A stretch of DNA of 63,765 nucleotides, filler included, from Vannella sp. (lineage: Eukaryota), in the NCBI GenBank assembly GCA_023345925.1. It is 9 parts of 9 records of this genome, joined end to end, with 100 filler letters (N's around TTAATTAATTAA, not from the genome) between each part and the next. Parts side by side here need not be neighbours in the genome. Positions count along the whole stretch, not along the records: positions 52,005 to 60,437 come from JAJQQN010001429.1; positions 60,538 to 63,765 come from JAJQQN010000228.1; 7 more parts are not named here. The stretch is one strand, 5' to 3'. How positions within the stretch are numbered: the stretch's first letter is position 1; each line of letters opens with the position of its first letter. Below the pieces are notes generated by a model, which was not told the DNA's origin, did not search any database, and was given only the letters and a program-made list of their open reading frames with translations. Below, piece by piece: positions 55,158-63,765 of this stretch. The translations under genes and the position numbers were made by a program.

Positions 55158-57901
55158 TTACTCACACTTTGGAACCTCAGCATCGGTTGGTGCAAAAGCG
55201 GAGGCTTTGGGGAAGCGGACCTCAGCCTGTTGACGGAAAATCTCTCTGGTGGCTTTGATGAAGACGAAGGGGAGTTTCTGGTACACTGCTTCTGCTTCTT
55301 CACGGGTGGCAGTGGGCAGTAGCTGCACACGTTCGCGGATCTTCGAGAGAGCTTCAAGATCTTCCCCTGCCAAGAAAGCTTCGGCTTGCAGAATCGCAAA
55401 TTGTGTGAGCTGATCTTGAGTGGCTTCTGGTTGTTGAGCTTTTGCCTCATTCAGTTGCTGGGGGGTTTGGCCTCCAGTCAGCTGTTGTCTTTGGATTGTA
55501 AACACTTCACGAAGGGCCTCATCCACGTCCTCTGGGTTGACAGAGGCCAAGCGGACGATTCCAAAGTGGACATCAGGGTGGCTTGGATTCATGGCGAATG
55601 CCTTGAGGAGAGGGCGAATGGCCAGAAGGAATCTTCCCTTCAAGAAGAATGCCTCAAAAGCCAATATATGGGACTCAATTCGGTCACCGCAATAGAGTTC
55701 AAGGCTTTTGGCCCACTTGATTGCCTCGTCAAGAGGATTAGCAGTTTCCTCGAGTTGTTGTGGAGTGGGCAGATCAGTTTTCTCGTCCACAGACTTCTTC
55801 TTAGGGGGAGGTGCCTTCTTCGTTGCCTCCTGAGCCTTAAGAGCCTCTTTCTTTTGGACTTTGATTAACTTCTTCTTGGCCTTCTGAAGCTCAGCTCCTT
55901 CCAACCCTTTGAACATCTCAGCCTGCTCACGAGCCTCCTGCAGCGGGCGATCATGCAAAGCAAGATAGGCCTTCACCAAAAGCACGGCCGCATTAAAGTA
56001 GTTGTTGTGAGAGCGAACCTTGTCCTCGAAGCGGAGGAGGTCGCGATAGGCTCGCAATGTCACTTTCCGCATGCAGTACATGTGGAAATCAAACTGGTCC
56101 TCAATAAAGTCATCAAAGTGAGACGCGATGGAAAGACCCCTTTGAAGAGCCTGTCCTAACTTTCCTGTGCGCAAGAAGCTCTCACCCGCTTGTTGTTGGT
56201 ACCAAATGCACTGCATCTCCGCCAAGCTTGTAGTGGCACCCTCTGCGTCCTTAATGAAGAGCTCTACAACGCTGTTGGCTTGCTCCACTCGGTCAGCACG
56301 AAGGAGGAATTGAGTGGAAAGAGTGTTGAGGTAACGGTCGGCAAGATCCATCTCTCGGCACTGTTCCATGGCATCTGCTGCTTCCCCAAATGCACCAGCA
56401 CGTTGAAGAATGGAGGCACGCATGGCGTAGATATCAACAACTGTGGGTGTGTGGGCTTCTGCCTCGCTGATGCGAGCCAAAGCCGCTTCGAACTCTCCCA
56501 CTTTGGAAAGATGCTGGGCGAGGAAGAGCATGGCCCAAAGCAGAGTGGTGGCAGGCTCAGCAAGCTCCTCCTCTTCACGACCAGGGAATCGCCCAGTAGC
56601 TTTCAATGAGGCCTCGTAGGACTCAATGGTGCTCCCAATGATCTTGGACTTGGCAGGGGACACTTCATAAAGATACTCGAGCGTGGCAAACAGAGAAGGA
56701 ATACCTTTTCGAAGGGCTGGTTGAAGATACGACTCCAGTTGGCGTGCAAATGCAGTACCAGGAGGTAGGAAGCGAAGAGGGATAGTCTTCAAAGCGTCGC
56801 AACCACCCTGTTCTTCTCTGAGCTCGTTGTACAGGGTTGTGAGGGTTACCACTTGTTCCTCCGAAAGCTGATCAAGATGGCGCCCATCCCAGCGAGGCTC
56901 GCCCTCTCCAATGTTGTAAGTCAGTTGCAGACCTTTGTGGAAGTCCAGATCTTCGGGATTCGTGCGGATCAGCTGGCGGTAGAGCGTGCGAGCCCCCTCT
57001 CTGTCTCCCGATTGAAGCAGAAGGTGGGCCCGAAGCACTTTGAGACCGTGTTTGTCAGGAATACGTGGTGCATTGGTATCCAGGTACTTGATGGCTTCCT
57101 CAAACCGACCAGCCTGCTGGTAGAGAGTTGTTAGGTAGAGTTTGCGCTCTCCTGCTTCAAAGGAGGGTGGGATGGGTTTCCCATTCTTCATCCGTTGTTC
57201 TGGGCCTTCCGAGATGTCCTCAAAGGTAGAGAGAACGTCGATGGCAGCATCAAAGTTCCCCACGAGCTCCCAAGCCAACGTAAAGGTTAGCCATGAGTCG
57301 GTGCGCTCCTGTTTGAGAAGGAGCATGGCCTTTCGAGTACGGAGGTGCCCAGGAAGGTCCCGGAGTTGGATCTGCAAGAGTGCCAAGTCACGAAGGATGT
57401 GCACATTGACCTTATCGCGCTTCATAGCGTTCAAGTAGCACTTCTTCGCCTCCTTGTAGTTACCATCGGACCTGTAAAGTAAACCGTACGCGTGCCAGCC
57501 TAGGATACACCGATTAGTCCTCGCTGCGGTCCTCGTGGAGGGGAAAGGGGCATACAGATGGGGCTTCCGATGTTGAAGCGAATTCCCAGGCGCACGCACT
57601 TGTAGGCATCTTCCTTCTTGTCTAAGAAGTTGTAGGTGAGCCCCTTCATAGCCCACGTCTCTGGAGAACGATCAGTGAGGGCCTGGGATCACTTGGAAGG
57701 AGGAAGACGTACCGCCGTTCTCCTTGTTGACTCGAAGGATGTCATCACAGCATCGCAATGCCTTCTTGTACTGCTTCTTTTCATGCAGACGCTTCAAGCA
57801 ACCAAGCATTAGACAGCAGTCACCTTCCCGAACCCACTCACCGACAGGGAGCTGAAGATAGTCCGCTCCTTCTGCCCCAGATTCTGACTCGCAGCAGCCA
57901 T
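55158..57901 (-). CDS. NAA15: NatA N-terminal acetyltransferase auxiliary subunit, multi-exon
   Basis: KQYKKAL, ET.AMKGL, CWHAYGLLYRSDGNYKEA.KCY, ILRDLALLQIQLRD, HTPTVVD, MDLADRYLN, EMQCIWY, EDQFDFHMYCMRK.TLRAY. Confidence 0.95.
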
Positions 57902-58035
57902 GATCCACCTACCACCCACACCCTCATCGATCAGAGAGAACACAGCCGACAAGAGGTCCCAACTCACCACCAAGAGAAACGACAAAAAGACCAGTTTTCG
58001 TGTTGGTTAATGTATTTTACAAGTTCCTGTCATTA

Positions 58036-60158
58036 TTAATTAAGTTCGATCTCTTGGGGGTGGACTTTGCGGAGCGCCACGTAAGTGAGGATGCGGAGGG
58101 CGAAGGCCATACCAAGGAGGATGAGGATGTACTCCCATATCTCTAGTGCGTCTGAGTTGGTGCGATCGATGATCTGTTGGCCTTTGGTGTTGGGACAGTA
58201 GGAGGACTTGGCGAGGACTCTCTCTCCGTCGGAGCACACTGCTGTGTCAGAGAAGACAATGAACTGGTCCTTCTTGCAGTAGAACTTGAGCCCTGTAAAC
58301 TGGTTCACAATGACAGCGTTGAAGCCATAGTAGAAGACGGAAAGGTACCGAACCCACGAGATCCATCCTGGGAAGTTCTCTGGGTTCACGTAGAAGCCTG
58401 CTGCCAGGAGAGAGATGATGAGTAGGACAGGAACAAAGAGAGCAGTCAGGGCAGCAGGAAGTAGAGCTCCCATAAGCATCCCGTACGAGTTCACCACAAA
58501 GTTGAGGACAATCACGATGACAAGGAAGACCACAAACGCCCCAACGTCAGCTCGTAGGCCCACAGCCCAATACGTGATGACTACAAAGATGATTGGTGTC
58601 CCAAACTGAAGCGGAAGCTCGCTAATCTGCTTGGCGATAAAGTAAGCGCTGATTCGGTACATGCGACTGGCCCTCTCGCGGTTGTACACCGTTCTCTCAA
58701 TTGGGACTGAGGAAAGGGTAAGGAAGATGACTCAAGAGAATGAGGGAACTTACAAACAATCGACGCAGCAACAGCTTCCGAGAATGCCGTGCCAAGAAGG
58801 CACATGAACACAGCGGAGAGGCGATCTTGGATGGCTGTCTGGTCTTTGTCGAGTTGGAAGAAGAGAATGATCATGATTGCAGCCAATAGAACACTTTGAG
58901 ATAGCCGCCCTATCAAGGAGGGCCTGTCTCTGAGGATGTTCTTGAAGCTACGGTGAACCAGAAGAAGAATCTGCATTAGGAAGCCAGCACCACCTTGGTT
59001 GTTCTTGTTGACAAGCACCTCCTCATTAGAGGAGCTTGCTTCTTCCTCCACACTGTCGGAACTCCGTCTTCCCTTCAATGGTCGCTCGTTTGGGTTCTCA
59101 GCAGTTGATTTGATAAGCTGTTGGACTCTCTCTTCACTCTCAATGGTCTTCTCGGGTGTTGAGGGGTCGATCGTGAGCAGATCGATGAAAAAGTCAGCGG
59201 GGTTCTCGTGATTTGGGCAGGAGAAGCCCAACGAGTCAAAGTAGGGCACTGCTTCATCACACTTGCCGTAGTAGATCTGTTTGCCCTTGGCCATGACCAT
59301 CAAATAGTCGAACATGTTGAAGATTTGACTCCGAGGCTGGTGGATTGTGCAAACAATCGTGTGGTTGTATAGGTGGGCGAGTTCTACGAGGTTGGAGACT
59401 ACGCTCATAGATGTCTTACTGTCCAGTCCACTCGTTGGCTCGTCAAGAAAGAGGATGGCTGAGGAACAGGTAAGGATCTAACTTGAGAGGGGAGTGTGCT
59501 TACTTGGATTGCGGATGAGTTCAACAGCTATGCTAACCCGACGCTTCTCTCCTCCACTGATACCCTTTTTAGCCTTGCCACCGACGAGAGTGTTGGCGCA
59601 ATGGGTAAGACCAAGTTTTTGCAAGGTCATCATGACCTGGGGAGTCTGTCAGGGCTTATTTCATGACAAGCCCTTGAAACTTACTCTCTTCTTACGATCC
59701 TTACGGCTCATAGAGGACGGAAGCCGCATGTTGGCGTAGAACATGAGCGTCTCCATCACTGTACAGTTAGGAAGAAGCGTATCCTCTTGCCGTACATAGC
59801 CACAGTAGATAGAGAAAGCCTTCTTGGTGAGTTTCTGATCTCCTATGAAGATACCACCGCGAAGCTCGCCGTTGTCATCGAACTGCTGAGCCAAGGCGTT
59901 GAGAAAAGTGGTCTTTCCTGCTCCACTCGACCCAAGGATGGCCATGAAGCTTCCAGGAGGCAGATGACCAGAGTTTGAGTGAAGGATCTGTGTCTTCCTT
60001 GACGGATTACAATGAAACGAGCCGATATGACAGTTGCGAGGTAAAGGGAGGCGTTTGGTCTTGTGGACAAAGTATTCCATATCTTCCCATTCCAACGCCT
60101 TGCCCTCCACCGGCACTATCGGTGCGGCAGGCATATCGATTTCAGCAGCAGCAGGCAT
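58036..60158 (-). CDS. ABCG (White-type) half-size ABC transporter, multi-exon; start may lie further 5'
   Basis: Walker A GSSGAGKTT, YVRQED, signature ISGGEKRRVSIA, LFLDEPTSGLD, CTIHQPR, NPADFF, ABC2 TMD with RERASRMY. Confidence 0.92.
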
Positions 60159-60368
60159 GTCACCCAGCTACAACAAAGAATACAGCAGGCAGAACAGCGG
60201 TCCCCTCAAGCTGGAGTCTCCGCCGTTCCCGTTCCCGTTCCGACTGGTTCAAAGAAATGTCGGAAGACCTCCTTTCATTTGATTTTCGCCCTATGGCAGG
60301 CACGTCAAACATAATTATATCGTCCTTTCTTTGATCGAACCGGTCAAAGTCATTTGTCAAAATCTGGG

Positions 60369-60390
60369 AGAATCTTCCATGGAAGATTCT
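60369..60390. promoter_or_regulatory. Perfect 22-bp palindrome with two nGAAnnTTCn units
   Basis: AGAATCTTCCATGGAAGATTCT is its own reverse complement; lies upstream of the ABCG gene. Confidence 0.5.
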
Positions 60391-60437
60391 AGGTTAAAAA
60401 GTCAAGGAAGGTTTGAGAGTAATTGGAGTTCCTTGTT

Positions 60438-60537
60438 NNNNNNNNNNNNNNNNNNNNNNNNNNNNNNNNNNNNNNNNNNNNTTAATTAATTAANNNNNNN
60501 NNNNNNNNNNNNNNNNNNNNNNNNNNNNNNNNNNNNN
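60438..60537. other. Artificial contig spacer
   Basis: N44-TTAATTAATTAA-N44. Confidence 0.99.
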
Positions 60538-60549
60538 CTCCTCCTTCCA

Positions 60550-63500
60550 ATGAAGGAGCTTGATGTGAGGGTCCTCGTCTTCTTGGCGACCTTTCTTCTT
60601 CTTTGTTTGGATGTTGATGCCAAGTGCGGCAGTTGGAGCAACCCAAACACGGCAATGGTGTATGATCTCTCCACTTTGGCCCGCGATGATGGGTCAGTTA
60701 CCCTTCTTTACTTCCTTGAATGATCCTGACTCCACTTCAGAACCGATTGGATCGCCAAAACAGCCAATTCTGAAGTGTTCTACCTCAACTTCTGTGGCGC
60801 AGTCCACATTCCCTGCAGAAACAGAAGACAAGCGGTTTGTGGTTACCAAGAGGAGGACGACAGCGCTTCTTTTGGCTTTGGTACAGTCTCTTCGGTTCGA
60901 TTTGAGCCATTGGGACATCAAGATGGTGTCAAAATCATCTACGGTGATAGCCCAACGTCTTGCAGTGAGGGCAATGCCCAGAGAATGTCCACGGTTATCA
61001 ATCTCTCGTGTGGCTCGTATGCCCGCGTGGATGATGTCTTCATTGACAAAGAAGATTGTGTGACAACCATTCAGTTCTCAGCTCCAGCTGGATGTGGAAG
61101 AGTCCGACAATCTGTTGCAGCAACTGGAATCTCTCCCTCGGCGTGGCCTTCTGCCTGGCCTTCGAGCTCGAACACGATTCCCACACCCGTGAGCTCTGAT
61201 TTCTCTTCTGATTCCTCACTCTCGTCTTGGGCAGAACGCTCGATATCTGCGCCCAGGAAACCCGTGGGAAAGCCGACTCCGTCTGCTACCCGTTCGAAGA
61301 CGCCCACTCGAACAGCAACGCATTCTCTCACAAAGTCAGTTTCTCCTTACAAGACTTTGACTCCTTTGGCCAGCCCACAGAAAGAAGACAACCCCCTCTT
61401 CAATCCCATTCGTGGAGCGGACTACATCGGTGCAGGATTCAACATCTTCAAGTCAGACAAAGCAAATCCATTCCAAATTGGCAGTCCTGTACAAGAACGC
61501 ATCGTTGGAGAGTTCTCTTTCTCGCTCAACAAAACCTGGAGTGATGGATCCAACACATTCTCAGTACCAGATGAAGTATCTTTGCTGCGTGGGGGACAGT
61601 TTGGCGTGCGCCACTACTCGTACCTGACGATTTCAGATTACTTGGATGAAGAGGCGTGGAACTTTGGTTTCTATTTATCTGGCAAGCCCCTCAAGCTTAT
61701 CCCTGGAGTCAAGGAGATACCAATCATCAGCAGTATTCCCGTTGGCATCTCTGCGGGCATCAGCCATTTGGACGCTGAGCTTAAGCTTCACGGAGGAGCA
61801 ATCAGTCTTATTGAAGAAACTGTTCCTGTTTATACCTTGCGAATGTTACCGATGGAATCTCTTGACTCACGGTTTGTATCTGCTGTCCGCAAGCTGTATG
61901 GAATGTGGCCCATCCCAACCTCGGCATTGGATTCCTTTGTCGATCAATTCGGGACCCATGTGCAAGCTGGACTGGATATGGGAGGACTTCTACAGATGGG
62001 AGGTGTTATCACCGAATTGGATAAGGCCTCCTTTACCAAAACAAGCCTTTCTGCTAGTCTTCATATTGCCTTCCTTTCCCTGAAGGGTTCCGGATCTGTT
62101 TCTTCCTTTTCCGGCATCAACCGGAACACAGCAAACCATGGAACTCAGCGTTATCGTATGGGAGGAGACAATTCTATCCCTTACACTCAAGACCATTGGT
62201 ACTCATCGTGGGTGAAGAGCGTTCCACGCCAGCCCGCTCGAACCAGTTATCAGCTGGAACCTATCACGACCTATGTGGCCATGGTTTCCCCCGACGTGGC
62301 CAAAGCTTTGGGATCTTACATTGAAGCAAGAATGGATGCTCTTTCTGCGGAGGCTGCTGTGGCGAAGGATGTCCCGATAACCTTTGGAATGGAAAATGGC
62401 CCTAAAGGTGGATTGACAGGAGCTACTGCATGGTCTGGTGATGACGATGATGAATGCTTGGATTGGTACTGGTTCTCCTATTCAAATGAAGAAAAGTCCA
62501 GAGAGACCTATGCGAAACCTGTTGAAGTGAGCTGGAAGAATACTTTCGGCCCCGTTCCATTCGCTGATGGCAAGGGCAATCCCTCTCTTATCGAGAAAGA
62601 GTCTACCCCTCTTCAATTGGATAGAACTGTTACCACGTTGAATGGGGAATGCGGGTACTACCCATGTTTGCCAGGACTGGATTCCTTGGGAATTGGTTAT
62701 GATGCTGTGACAGGCGTGCAAAGACTACCAGCCATGAGTTGGACCTATTCAAAACAGCGGAGTTACATCGATCCGGACTCTGGAATCGCCTATGCGGTCC
62801 CTGACCAAGTTCGCATGAATTCGGATGGATCCTCGTCTCAGTATTCAAACGTGTATACCTCCTACCAGGAGTATCTCCAGAACTCCACAAACACAGTCAT
62901 CTCAGGGTGGAACGGTCTCTTTTTCCACTGGGGCAAAGAAGAGAGGAGCGTTATGGCCACATTCGATCAGGCACAAAGCGTTTTGGGAGTCAATGAAAAG
63001 TACTATACCAAGTATGCACTCTCCGTCCTGGAGCCAACCATCTCTCCTGCCTTGCAAAGAGAGATAGACCGCCTCCCAGAAGAGTATAATCAAGAGGTTT
63101 ACTTCCGTTTCCTTGCTCGCTGGGGCACTCACTTCACTTCCGCGGCATCGTATGGAGGAAGAGCTCGTTTGTTCGCAATGATTGACCAAAGCTTCTTCGC
63201 CAACTATGACTCATTCTCCATTCAGAAGCACCTGGGACTCGCATTTGCTGGATGGGAAGCAGGGATTGCCTGGGGATCCAATTCTACTTCTGCTGCGGCA
63301 TCTTTCAGTCGACAATCCTTCCAGTGGGTGTCGTTCTATGGAGGTGATGCCACTCTGGCTTTGACAAACCAATGGAGCGATTGGATTAAGTCTACAAAGC
63401 TTGCTCCCACTCAAATCAATCGGATTCTCACTCCCATTCAAGATTTTGCGAGCTCCAATGTGACCAAGAAGAACATTGAGACTGCGGTCTTGCAGTATCA

Positions 63501-63765
63501 GAGCATTAATATGGAGCCTCCGCAGCCTCCTATCTCACTTAACATGTTCTTGGCCAGTTCTCACACGTCCCTTTCCAACTCAATCATTGCTACCATGGCC
63601 ACAAGCTGTATCTGGAACCATGGGGATGACGACGTCGTCAACTTTGTAACCGGATACAACAGAATCTATTACTATTGGAACATTCCTGCTGGCTTCTACA
63701 CTCCCCGAAGCATCCAACTCTTCAATTGCGTTTGGCGAACCGGTTCATTGCATCCTGACATCGCC
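60550..63765 (+). CDS. Secreted protein: signal peptide + MRH (mannose-6-phosphate receptor homology)-like domain + Ser/Thr/Pro stalk + two tandem MACPF domains; 3' truncated
   Basis: Absent from the ORF track because it has no stop before the window end. Hand translation: ATG 60550, in-frame 48-nt intron 60693-60740, open to 63765. MRH: YDLSTL, FYLNFCG, AVC..Q, I.YG...C...R...INLSC, C...F..PAGC. MACPF1: GADYIGAGFNIF, VPDEV, FVDQFGTH (61948)...MGG, GGD, W..SV..QP...L.PI. MACPF2: LPGLDSLGIGYDAVTG, VPDQV, FLARWGTH (63121)...YGG, GGD, W..S...P..I...L.PI. Confidence 0.88.

Noticed and set aside
5723..60537. Eight identical TTAATTAATTAA motifs in N runs, resembling a repeat array
   Set aside because: Artificial six-frame-stop linkers of fixed 100-nt length. 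Gene neighbourhoods across them are meaningless.
60715..60730. Two in-frame TGA codons in the MRH-MACPF gene suggesting selenocysteine or recoding
   Set aside because: They lie within a canonical 48-nt intron (GTCAGT...CTGAC...TTCAG).
1..63765. Giant-virus or bacterial origin (RCC1, ankyrin, BTB, MORN and class II RNR content)
   Set aside because: Spliceosomal introns and core nuclear genes (NUP210, NAA15, SET, DDT) on the contigs indicate a cellular eukaryote. No viral hallmark genes, transposases or reverse transcriptases were recognised.

Overview
This is not one continuous locus. It is nine short contigs joined by artificial 100-nt spacers (44 N + TTAATTAATTAA + 44 N). The DNA comes from a gene-dense, roughly 50% GC microbial eukaryote using the standard code, with canonical GT-AG introns of about 40-60 nt. 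Gene content (DH/PH/MORN/LIM signalling proteins, RCC1 and ankyrin families, non-fungal Zn2Cys6 factors) suggests an amoebozoan-like protist; this assignment is inference. Recognisable genes are OXCT1/SCOT, a C2-EF-hand PS decarboxylase, TMEM135-like, ACTMAP, B3GNTL1/QTGAL, two RhoGEFs, a RhoGAP, a PPP phosphatase, NUP210, an AWS-SET methyltransferase, NAA15, an ABCG half-transporter and an intronless B12-dependent class II ribonucleotide reductase. Five things stand out. (1) A secreted protein missed by the ORF track, with an MRH lectin-like domain, a mucin-like stalk and two tandem MACPF domains (60550 to window end). (2) A 55-130 nt non-coding element present on three different contigs. (3) Start codons of divergent genes only 20-31 nt apart, with G-rich first introns. 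(4) The nuclear class II RNR. (5) A possible CTT-TAA +1 frameshift site. All calls come from motif recognition by eye; no searches were run.
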